Of a stretch of 64,000 nt of DNA, positions 50,480-61,925 are shown one piece after another. Both the position numbers and the translations under genes were made by a program. The stretch is from NCBI GenBank assembly GCA_008632985.1, contig QPGO01000001.1, positions 714,404-778,403 on the forward strand. The letters are read 5' to 3'. Each line of letters begins with the position of its first letter. The stretch's first letter is position 1. Below the pieces are notes generated by a model. The model had not been told where the DNA came from and ran no database searches. It was given only the letters and a program-made list of their open reading frames with translations. Source of the DNA: Psammoneis japonica. Taxonomy: Eukaryota.

Positions 50480-52640
50480 CCTGTACAAAAACCTCACCTC
50501 CCTCGCTCTCGTGCTAAAAAGATTTCTCCCACACTCGCTCCCTCCACCCCACCAATCCACCAATGCAACACAGCACAACTCAACGCACTTGTGCCATCCC
50601 ATGTATTTCTCTTCCTTGAACTAAAATCAACTTCTTCAACGAACGCTCTCGAGACACATGTGTGTCGACAGCAAGCAGCAGCCAGTGCCTCCTGAGAGAC
50701 GACTCCCCAGAGCTCCACCACCTCCCACCAATTTTTGATCTTCTCTGTGGTGCATCCAACATGTGTTGACACTGTGGCTCAAGCAGTGCCTGGTGCTCCT
50801 TCCTTTAACCTGAAGGCTTCTGTGCCAAGGGTGCCCTGCATTGTCGCGTGCCCCCGTCCCCACCAGCGTCGTTCTCAAACAACGCTGCATCATGCCGCCG
50901 AACTCCAATGGTGCCTCTCTTCATCCAACATCACATCCACTGCCTCTTTCATCAATGACACCAGTGCATGGCTTCCACACACAAGCTGTCATGGTTTCAT
51001 GAAGAGTGTGCTGTGTGCCTCACCAGCGTGGTGTCTGTCTGAGCCGCGACAAAACTGCCTTCCTCACACCCACCACTGGCACATCTCCTCTTCCCAATCT
51101 CCCTCCAGCCAGTGCCATGTCCCTGTGTGCCATGCCATCTCCTTCCTTGGCCGCTCTGACAACCCAGTTTTCTCACCCAAAATCTCCACTGGCCACTGAG
51201 TTGTTCAGCCTGTTGGCAGCATTGACTTTGCGCGAACCTTCCTTGAGAAGAAAGCCCCCACCCTCCACACCAACCTTGACTGCCTGCACAATGTCCAAAC
51301 CAAAAGCTCCCTGTGCTGTGCCTGTGTCAGACCTGTGCAACATCTTCTGCACTGCATCTTCTTTTGTCTCTGACATCCATGGCAATTTTGACCCCCTCTC
51401 ACAACCCAGCTCCTGCCACTGCCTGGACCTCACCCTTTTCTGACAAGGCACCCAAAGTTGCTGTCATGCATTTCCCCACCACCTTGCCACCTGCTCTCAA
51501 CCCCCTCCACATCCACACCACTCCCGTTTCTTGTTGCCCAGCTCACCCACTCCCATTGCCACACAACACATGTTGTTGTCTCCTCTTCCAGCAATGCTTT
51601 TCTGCTTTTGACCTTCCATGCCAGACCCCCGCTCACCTGGGCCACCTGACAGCAATCCCTGCAGCCACACCAAGCACCCTGAAACTGTGGCACCACTCTT
51701 CTGTCCTGGCTTGACCCGCCAGCCCCCCCTCCCTTGCTGCCCCAGCATGGAATCTTTTCCTTGCAAGAGCCCATCACATGCACTTTGCTGCACTTGCCAT
51801 TTCAAACAACAACAGCTCTGCTGCCTCTGCCTTCTCACCGGCCATCACAAATTGCTGCTGTCATCTTGTCAATTTCATCTTCTTTTGCCAGGCTCCCACT
51901 CCACTCACTGGCCCACTCCATCCTCAGCCAGTGCCTCCCTCCCATCTTTAGATTGATGCTCCAGCACAAAAACTCCACACTCCAATGTCCGCTGACCAAG
52001 CAGTGTCAATCTCCTGTCCTTCTTGCACCTGTGCTGCTGGTCACTGTGGCAACCACCATGCCTTTTGTTGCCGCTCCCTGGGACACCAGACTGCCTCATC
52101 TCCAACACAATGCAAGATGGCCTCATCTCACCATTCTGCAAACAACATGCCCTCTTTGTGGCCTTTGCACTGACTCCTCTGCAATTCACTGTGAACCAAC
52201 CAACTTTCTGCTGTGCCCCATTGACCACTCAAATGCCCTGCCAATGTGGGGGTCAAACTCACTCCTGCCTCCTCCTCCTCCACCACCCCTTTCTCACAAC
52301 TGCCTTGGCACTGGCATCGCTGTTCTCAAAACCTCCTCTGCTTCCAGCTCCTGGCTTGCATGCCCCTGCACAAGACCCCACAACCAAGGCACGACACATG
52401 ACACCAAATCAGGCAGACACATCTTGGGATGTTTCAACAATTTGATGTGTTCCACCAACAACTTCCATTCGAGTTGCACAACAATTCCATGTGCCTGAAT
52501 GGCATTGTCCTCTGTTGTGAGAGCTTCAAATTTTTGCAAGTTCCCTCCTCGGGTGGATCTTTGCTCAACATTGCTGCAACCACACACATTTGCTGTTTGG
52601 CAACAGCCTTTTATTGGAGGCAATTTGAAAATGACTAGAT
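50480..52640 (+). mobile_element. Strongly decayed non-LTR retrotransposon (possibly RLE/CRE-like)
   Basis: PIFDLLCG...W.SF...EGF, then FINDT (YxDD-like) and a CPSC...HHAFCC zinc-finger-like segment. Many frameshifts; TpA-depleted. Confidence 0.4.
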
Positions 52641-52804
52641 GACATTTGCAACTCTGTAGAGCAGAGCATGAGAAAGAGCATGTGTGACAACAACAGCATG
52701 CGTGGCAGCAGCAGTCGCAGCGTACAATGAAATATTAGACTCACAAGACGGATAATAATCTAAACACAGCAGCCATTGTTGTTGTTGTTGTTGTGTTGGA
52801 TTTT

Positions 52805-54120
52805 TCAGCGAGGCGATGCTAATTCGTGATTGGAAGACTCAAAAAGGAGAGATCGACAGACTTTTTTGATTTTCGGACGAAAGCGACAAGAACCCCATGA
52901 CAATGCATACGCGGATCCGCACTCGTCGCCATAGTCTTTGCCCCGGCACGCGCCAACTCCAACGACGCTTCCGTCGGCCGACAAGGACACGGAACTTCCA
53001 AAAAGATCATATTCATCCTCGCCGTTCAAAGGATCTCCAACTTGCTTCCATTCATCTGCATTGCTGTCGTGCAGATAGATTCGAACTTGACCCACATTGT
53101 ACTCACAACTTCCAACCGCCAAGACTTTTCCATTTCCACTCAACGACACTGAGTTTCCAAAATCATGACGCGACTGTTGCGTCAAGAGAGTTTGGCCACG
53201 TTGCTTCCATGTCATAGTCGAGTGGTCATACGAATACACCAAAACCCTCTCGTTTCTACCTGCACCAGTGGCCACGATCAAACCGCTGTCGTCAAGAGAA
53301 ACATAAGTCCCAAAGCGTCCACTCTTAACTTGACCATTGATTGGATTGCCCAACAGATTCCATTTTGACGAGGCTGAATTGTATTCATGCACCGACACTT
53401 GACCCGCATTGCTTCCACCCAAATCATTTAAATTTGCTCCAATGCCAACAATGGTTCCCTGCACATTCAAGGAAATAGAAACACCAAAGTGATCATCATT
53501 AGCTTGGCCAATGAGTGTTTGTCCGAGTTGGTTCCAGGATGAGGTGCCGCGGTCGTACTGAAACAATCGAACTGATCCAGAATGCTTGCCGTTTTCCGTA
53601 TTATCCCAATAAGCTCCCACGGCAAGAATGTCTCCCGCATCCGAGAGCGACACGGAATGACCAAATAAATCACCAGCGTTTCGTCCAAGAATGTTGCTGC
53701 CGAGTTGGACCCAACGATCCGACACTGAGTTGTATTCAAACACACCAACGTGACCAGCATCCGATCCGCCACTGTCATTCGCATCCGCTCCAACTGCAAG
53801 AATCGTACCGTCGCCATTTAACGAAACAGACTCTCCAAAACCGCCGCCGCCGGCTTGTCCAATCAATTCTTGGCCAATCTGCATCCATTGTTGGGCAGCG
53901 GGATTGTAACGTTGCACAACGACATAGCCGGGATTGTAAGGTTGCGGTGCTCCAATAGCCATGACACTGCCATCACGAGATAAGGAGACGGATTCGCCAA
54001 AATTATCATTTTCCGCTTCACCATGCAATGCTTGACCAATGTCATTCCACATTTCGTTTCACGGTAAACTACCACCAGAGTGGGATTGGGTGTTGGAGGT
54101 TGGAGCTGGTGATGGAGTGG
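52805..54120 (-). pseudogene. FG-GAP-like beta-propeller copy 4, truncated at both ends
   Basis: Propeller ORF 52805-54052 is open. In-frame TGA at 54059-61 separates it from a TPSPAPT stalk that is cut at ~54120. The family ending SAYAFTVND* is replaced after SAYA by unrelated sequence. No signal or TM segment. Confidence 0.75.
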
Positions 54121-56212
54121 GACGCGTTTAGGTATGGATGGAGTGTCGGTCGACGGTGGCGACGCGGATCTTTTATGATCTATGATCTCTGCGGGCGGTG
54201 TGACGGCGTTGGGGGACGTCTTCGGAAGTGAGACTGTCGAAGAAAGTTACGTAGAATTTGTACCAGAACAGTCTGTCAATCAGTGCGATTGGGTATTTGG
54301 GACCTCTGGACAGATCCTACGTGTTTTCTTTTGCGTACAAGTTGTGCTGGGAAAACCCCCAAACGCACTGGCGATTAGACTGCCTTCGACGATCTCACTT
54401 CCAAAGACGCCCCCCGCCCCCCAGCGTTGGAGACGCTTTTGGTTGATGATTCAAGCCATCTCAAAATGCTTTTCCCAAAAAGGTCGAAAAATTAGCAAAA
54501 TTCGCACTTCGCCTGCCTGCCTGCACGCACACACTGTGCGAGGTTGATGTCATGCTGATGCAACAGCACAAGCCAAAAAACTTGCACAAACAAACAACAA
54601 CGAGCAAAGGCAGGAGTGAGCACCATGACACACTTTTAAATGAGATGATCCTCAATGTCTTTGAAGGTGTTTGCTGCATCCAACAAGTCTCCTGAATGCT
54701 GCTTCTCCATCTCAAGCTGTGCAAACCCACAAAAGACGCTGCATGCCGCAGCGTCTTTCCTGAGACAACGACAATTGCGGCACTGCTCTTTTTGTTTGAT
54801 GACTTCCATGCTTGGTGCAGGCACTGCATCTCTTGGAAACAAAATCCATTTGATGACATTTGTTTCCCCTGCATCATTGTTGAGATGTGGCCACAATGGA
54901 GTGGCGCACTTTCAAAAATTCGGTGTGCACACCTGATCTGCACAAAATGTGCGTGCGTAAAAATGTGCTGCAAAATTCGTAGAGATGTTTATTTGAATTC
55001 ACTTCACACACAAACATCACGGCAACAACGCCGCGACATCGGCAATGGACGCACACAACAACGACAGCGGACTGGGAGGTTGTGATGCACCGAGACAACA
55101 ACTGACATGACAAGAAATGAGATGTCAATGTCAAATGACAATGATCGAGTTGTTTTGGGAGCTGGTTGAGCCATTGGTGATGAAGGGTTTTTGGCACGCA
55201 CAACTTGGTGCTGAAATCACGCAGAGGTTTTGGCCGCGGTGGGACTGTTGTTTTTCACTTTTTTTGGGGTGTGTTTTGTGTTTTCTCGGTCGATCGCATT
55301 GATGAAGCACTGAAGTGAGCACGCGACAACAGATTTTGACGAAAAGTTGGATTTTCATTCATTGTGGAGGATTGGCACGGGGTTTTTAACACGGTGAAGC
55401 ACGGGGGGATGATTTTTTCACCAGATTTGCAAGATCCTGCATCCCATCCAATTCGCGTGCGCAACATTGGTGGATTGATGCATTTTTTACACGCAAGAAG
55501 CGCAATGACGTCGACATGCCCGACATGACAGACTTCCCATGCTGTTGTTGCAATGAAGTGAAATCTTGTTGTGTTCGGTGCGCAGAGTCCAGTGCCATTG
55601 CATTTGTCCGCATGTAGACGAGTGCTGCGCACCGCAATTTTGGAAAGCACGCCACTCCATGGCCTTGGCTCTTTGCCAGCCCCCAGCCACAGATGGCAGC
55701 TTGACTTGCGAGATCCACAAAAGGGCGCCAAGAGAGGGCAGGTGAGGTGGGACAACTCTCATCACAAATGCATTCCATGGCATGTTCTTCCACAGTTCAG
55801 AAACATCAAGATGCTCAAAATGGAGCACGTGCCTTGCTGGTGAAGGGGCATCTTGGACAACTCCTGCTTGAGACAGTCCACAGCAGTCTTGTCCTTGTCA
55901 GAGACACATGTGTGTGTGAACCTGACACACATCTTGACAGCAGCATCTGGTCCCCATGCCATGACAAGAAGTGCACTCCATTCTTGCATGATTGTGGGTG
56001 CAATCTTTGAGACATTGGTGAATGAACACACTGTCCAAGAAACAAAATGCAGCTGGCTGTTGTCCAATGCCAAACTTGTGCATGCTGTCATCCCAAACTG
56101 CTCTGCAGCAAACAATGTTGTGATGCACATGCTCAGCCACCTCAAAGTTGGCCACTTGTTGCATTCAAGCTGATGCCAACTGGCCACAGCACTGGCAACA
56201 ACCAAACATGTT

Positions 56213-56214
56213 GG

Positions 56215-56255
<41 letters not shown>

Positions 56256-56256
56256 G
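56213..56256. repeat. (GTT)n microsatellite
   Basis: Directly visible. Confidence 0.95.
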
Positions 56257-57738
56257 ATTCATGTTTTTGCCACATTGTGTGTTGTGTCTGTCTGTGTGTC
56301 CCCCCCCCCTGCCCTGACCCCGACCGGACCAGAGACAGATGTGCAAGACAAAGTCGGGGTTTGGGGTTGACCATTTTCAAATGTCCAAATTTGCCAATGG
56401 TCTTTGGGTGCAAAACAGCATCCAATGACTTTTGAAAGCTTCACAAACACCACAAAACATGCCAAATTTTTGGTGCCTTGGTCATTGTTTGGTTGGGATG
56501 CCATTTGCCCCTGGCCAATTGATTGGTTCTTTTTTTTCATTGCCAGTTGCTTTTGTTTTTTCATTGTTCACCCAAAATCATTTTCCATTGAGATGATGCC
56601 TTTTGGGGGTTTGTGTGATTTTTGCACTCATGGTTGCATTCAAAACGGGTGGGATCACATGCAAATAACTCACCCCCTTGTTTCTAAGACCAACAAGGAA
56701 AATGACACTCACAATTCAAGCCCAGATTGTTGTCATGTTGTTAAAAATTAATGTCTGATGATTGCCCCATCTTCAGCTGCAATGCCTTGCACAGTCATTT
56801 GCAGCAGGAGCCTGAGCAAGCCTTTTTGGAGGAGCCCTCTTGTGTGCCTGAAGCAACCAGCCATGGAAGAGACATGCCCTTCATTTTCCTGCCATCAAGC
56901 TTCTTCCTAAGATGAAGTCCCTTTCTCTTGTTGTCTCTGTGTTTAAAGTTGTTGACAACCAGGAGACTCTGAGCTGTCCTCCCCTGGAGCTTGTGCACAC
57001 ACTGTCACACAAAACTGGGAACTGAATCATCTGCATCCTTTGGCTGATTTTTGGAGTTCTCTTGTCAGTGAAACCCATCAGAGGAGCAAGAAAGTTGACA
57101 ACACATGTCTCTGTCCTTTGAGCCACATGAAACAGACCCCACCGCCTTTTCCTCAAGACAATGGACTCAAATTGTGAAACTGTGATGGTGACTGCCGCAT
57201 GCTTGTTTTTGGGATGTTGTCCAAAATACAGCTGCATGGTTGCCATGGTTTGGAGATGACTCAATGACACCCTCTTCTCATTGCTGGCACTCTCATGTGC
57301 ATGGCGTTGCCCCTGGTGTGTGTGTGGCCTTGGGAATGGCACTAGAAGAGATGCAGGAAGAAGAAGATGTTGGAAAGGATGACAGGAAAAAGGCAGAAGA
57401 CTTGGTCAAGAGTTTGGGGTAATCAAAGCACTGGTCACAAGCATGTGGTGTCGACAAAGTGAGCTTGAAACTTGCAATGAATAGACTGCGAGAGGCGTCG
57501 GGGACGCTAACTGAATCAGCCTAATGAGCTTAACCCATTGAAAAGAAGTATCACCATGAGACCTTTAGTAATTCAACACCACATGTCTAACACTAGACCG
57601 GAAATAGATCATCGGGAGCTTATTGGCTTGGTTTCAAATTGCTGTCTGCTACGCTATGTGCTTTCACTACTGTACCAAATCGTTTATCTCTACTAGTCGG
57701 CAATACCCCGTTGCCCTCCCCACGTCCTCTTTGCCCTC

Positions 57739-59109
57739 TTACTCATTGGATCCTTCTTCGTTGCCTTGGTCCACCGCGTCAGCTATTCCCGCATCTTGAG
57801 ATTCACCATCAGCTACATCCTCCACATCACTGTCCGACTCGGTGTCGTCCCAAAAATGGTCATCATCACTTGAATAAATCGCCGCCAAGCATTCAGGACA
57901 CTCTTCGCCGTCGCTATACCAAACGTAACCAGATGCAATCCACTCGATGGGCGTCCATTCCTCCACTACCTCCAAATGCTTACGCAGTTTCTTGAGCGTG
58001 CAGAATCCAAATGCTTGGGGGCAAAGGCGAAGCCTCTGGAGTTTGGAACGCGTGTTATGCGAATGGCTTTGAGAAACAAACCGCCGGATTTATCCGCGTA
58101 CATATTTGTTCATTCTGCAACAGGCCTTTCTGTCGCCTCGATTCTGAAACATCAACAAGGATTCCACAGAAGTATTCAAGGAAAAAGCGTAGGCCAATGC
58201 TTTGACACCACGTTCTCCATAGTGCTGGTTGCCATAACGACCAATGAAGTTGGAAAGATCCAACGTCTTGTATTTGGTGCACTTTTCGTGGGCAAGGCCA
58301 TACGCAAGAACCACGAGAAAGTCATCCAAGGGGATTACCTTTCCGGGATAGTCATCAAACTTGGCTTCTTGGCCGCTGTCCTTGAGTTTCTCTCTCCAAA
58401 GGTAGCGGTCATTGATGTAGAGAAACGTGAGAAAGGTCTCACCCGCGGCTCCACTCTCGAGTAAACATCCCTCACCGGACCAAAGATGATCCATGAGAAC
58501 ATCCTTGAGGAGACGTGGAGCTACCTTTTTGTACTCTTCTTGCTTGAAATATCCTTGTTGTAAGTAGTGCTCAAAGCACAATTGGCAAAATATATTGGAA
58601 CGTCCTGGTTCAAACGTCTCGAACCATTCGAGTTTTTCGATACGTTCGTAATAGAATTCCGTGTGAATCGGCAATCCACAACAATCGCCTTCTCCACAAT
58701 TGCAGCCACAACGACCACATTCTATCATGCCGTACCGATTCAAATGGCGGGGTGTTTGCCATTCCTCCTTGGCAATCACACGCTGCACCTCGAGCGTTAG
58801 CCAGTTTCGTGGAAAGTTGATACCAAACAATCCACGAAAAGTAGATGAGAGGTAATTCTCGCCGTCACCAACAAACTCGTCAATGCTGGTTTCAGGCCAC
58901 GTACGACGAGCCATCAACGCCCACGACTCTTCTAGGACCCATTCACGGGACGACGAGAGCTGGCTAAGTATCCCCAATTCAGCAACACCAAGCCACTCGT
59001 TTGCCACTAGCAGCGGGAGAATTTTGTTTGCCAACAAGTCTTGGTGCTCTCGAGCGTTCAGCGTGGTAGACATGCGGCGGCGCTTGTTGGTATGAACGGT
59101 ATAAGACAT
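57739..59109 (-). CDS. F-box-like / RNI-type LRR-like protein with Cys-rich segment and acidic tail; one in-frame TAA or a short intron
   Basis: N-terminal LLANKILPLL...ELGILSQLS...W; CGRCGCNC...FCQLCF; YGERGVKALAYAFSLNTSVESLLM. The frame continues past TAA (58090-92) into ORF 57739-57975. Normal composition. Confidence 0.6.
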
Positions 59110-59346
59110 GATGTCGAGGGGTAGACTCTAGTGTGATTGCTGATGTCGGTGTTGTGAGTTGCTTTATGGCTTCTGTGCGCTGTCATTGCCGAGATTTGTT
59201 GCTGGATGCTGGATCGATGATGGGTGATGGGCTGACGAGCTCTGTGCAGTCGTGAGTCCCGGGATCACTCGGGACTCACTGTGTTTTTTCATTTTGGGCG
59301 CGTGTCCTTCAATTTTGCTTCACTGTGCATGCTCTCTACTTACTTG

Positions 59347-59374
59347 CTCTCTCTCTCTCTCTCTCTCTCTCTCT
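59347..59374. repeat. (CT)n microsatellite
   Basis: Directly visible. Confidence 0.95.
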
Positions 59375-60024
59375 AGCAAGAGGAACCTACAGTTAGTTAG
59401 CACAGTGTGTGCTTTGCGCAGAATTTGCGTGGCCCAGACATCTGACATGTTTCCACAACAAAATGCCGGTCTTTGTCTGCTGCACAGTGAGGATCTGACA
59501 CCATCTCATCACAAACTCTCAAAGAGCCCACCCTTTGTTTTGAGAGCTTGTCTCAAGATGCCACCAGTGCATCAACAGCTCTCAAATCATTGGCCATGTC
59601 ACAATTTCTCCAAGTTGAAAATGTGATCCACCAACATGCTGCAAAACCAAGCAAAGCCCTTTGGTCAAGAAGGTTGACATCATCTCAAATGATGGCAACT
59701 GCACTCCTGAAATCAACACAGTTGAGAGTGGGCTTCTGGCGCAGAAGCTCATTTGTTGCACTTTGCAACTTTCCCTTCACTGAAGATGTGCACACCGTTG
59801 CTGCTCTCTGACACATGTTGTCTCGTTTTCACCATTTTTGCACACTTCTCTCACCTTGTTGTTTGTTTGTGACACTCCTTTTGTCATGAAAGAACATGAG
59901 ATCTGTGACAGTCATCACAAATGGGGTGGGACTGTGGCCTGCATGTCTCAGCTTGTGGGCTGCTTGCACCCAAGTGTCACCCCAAGAACCTGGTGCTCAA
60001 GTGCTTGCCAGCCACTGAGATGAC

Positions 60025-61341
60025 GATGTGTTTTCATCCCAGGTGAGAAACTTTTGGACACATCACGAGGTTTTCTATGTGTTTCTACATGAGACGTACA
60101 TTTAGTGCCAAAAATCTCAGTAAAAAACGAGCTCCATGACAGCAAAAATGTGTTTTTCCATGTCTCGAACCACAAACCACAATTCGCGCAAACCGAAAAT
60201 GGCGCCATGCCGTCGCCATGAACTCGTCCATTCTTGCGCCAACGGATGTTGTGACTGAGAAGGCAAGAATGCCGAGACAGGTCAACAAAACAACGCTCAA
60301 TGCGATGATGTGGTTGAAAATTTGATCTTTGTTTTTTGTTGTGCCTCATGGATGGCCTTTTGACTCATGATGTTTTTGATGCCTCTTTCTCTCTTCCTCA
60401 GCTTGCGAAGTGGGATTCTCATCAACGCGCTGCTCCATCCACTTGACACCGGATGCTGACAACGAAGAATGTTTCTATGACACGTTGCTGTGATTCTCGT
60501 GATGCATCGTCCGCACTTTGAGTCGTCATGGACGACGCTTTTGGGTCGTGCGACAACATCAGATTTCGCTGCCGACAAGAGAATCGTTGTGTGTTCGGTT
60601 TTGAGGGTGTGTGAGGATAAAGAATCTCAGATGCAAGTGTGACAGTTTCATTGTTGTAAAGTAGAACAACACCACTGGCAACATCTCAGTGTTGCAGCCA
60701 TTTTATTTTATTCTAAGATAGAACCAGTCATTTTGAGCGGTGAAATTTTGTCAATGTTTCATCTTTAACTCTGCTTGGGCATGTCAAATCACACAACAAC
60801 TGGACACACATTGAACTTTGACGCCACCATTTCAATCCCATTGTTTTGTTCACTCAAGCACCCCACACAGGTCAACAAATCAGTCGATCTTTGAAATGGC
60901 CGATCGTGCAAAAAAATCACATGCGAAGTCAGTTCCCCCGATTTTTCTTGTGCAAATGACAGAGTTAGAACGCCATTCTTTTTTGGCATGAGCTCTTCAT
61001 GCAATGAACAATGCGTGCATTCTTTCAAAGCAGTCAGATTCAGTGAAAGAAACAGTAGAACAGTCTCTCAAATGCACCAGAGTGACAACAACAAGCAGAC
61101 AGCTGTCAGCTTCACTCCAAAAAATGCCGCTTTCGAGACAGCGCTTTTCTTGTGCGCACCCTTCAACCAATGAGAATGACGGCTGGCTTTTCAAAATGAA
61201 CATGTCTGTGGAAAGAAGAAATGAAAAATCGGGGGAAAGTCCAGTCAGATTTGCTCGCACAAAAAGCACGGCGACGGAAAAGGGACAGACAAAATGCCTC
61301 ACCTCCACACGCGCGTTTCTCACCTGGGATGAAAACACATC
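60025..61341. mobile_element. Non-autonomous TIR DNA transposon, 1.3 kb
   Basis: Perfect 27-bp TIR GATGTGTTTTCATCCCAGGTGAGAAAC; 4-bp TSD TGAC (60021-24, 61342-45). Confidence 0.9.
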
Positions 61342-61529
61342 TGACATGGAGCTTGTGCTGCTGTTGTTTTGTTGTGCTGTGCAGGGACCAATCACCCAAG
61401 CTGGTGAAATCTTGATCCCCCCAACAACAACATGCAAACAGATGCTCTTGAGACAGTCTTGGGCTGACCCTTCTCAATGATTGCAGGAAAAGTCTCTGGC
61501 ATCTTGCAAGCTCACTCAGCAGTTCTTGG

Positions 61530-61925
61530 GACGCGTTCCAGCCCTAGGTGGGAGCTCGTAGTACTGACGTGTGACACAAATAATTTTTATCATCCGTCGT
61601 ATGTTTTGCACGTAGATTTCTACGTGTGATATTTAAAAAGAATTGTCCAGACTCGCTGTTTTGCGAAGCCCCAGACGTTTTATATAACGAGTTTATAGAA
61701 ACAATAATGCGCCAGTTACATTCTTCAATGTCTGAAGAATGTAACTGGCTAAGTAAAAAATGATGTACTTCAATCATGGGCGAGTTTGTGCGTTCGCAAA
61801 ATTGCCTCATTTTCTGTTGGCGATCATTGACATTTTAATTACCGTATAATTTTACTACGGAGCTCGCACGTAGAAGTCTACGGGCCCAATGTCACACGGA
61901 TTCCCACCTACGTCTGGAACGCGTC
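61530..61925 (-). mobile_element. Young MITE, GACGCGTT-TIR family
   Basis: TIRs GACGCGTTCCAG(CCC/ACG)TAGGTGGGA; 4-bp TSD TTGG; right end is the reverse complement of the 13091 MITE left end; TpA- and CpG-rich interior. Confidence 0.92.
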
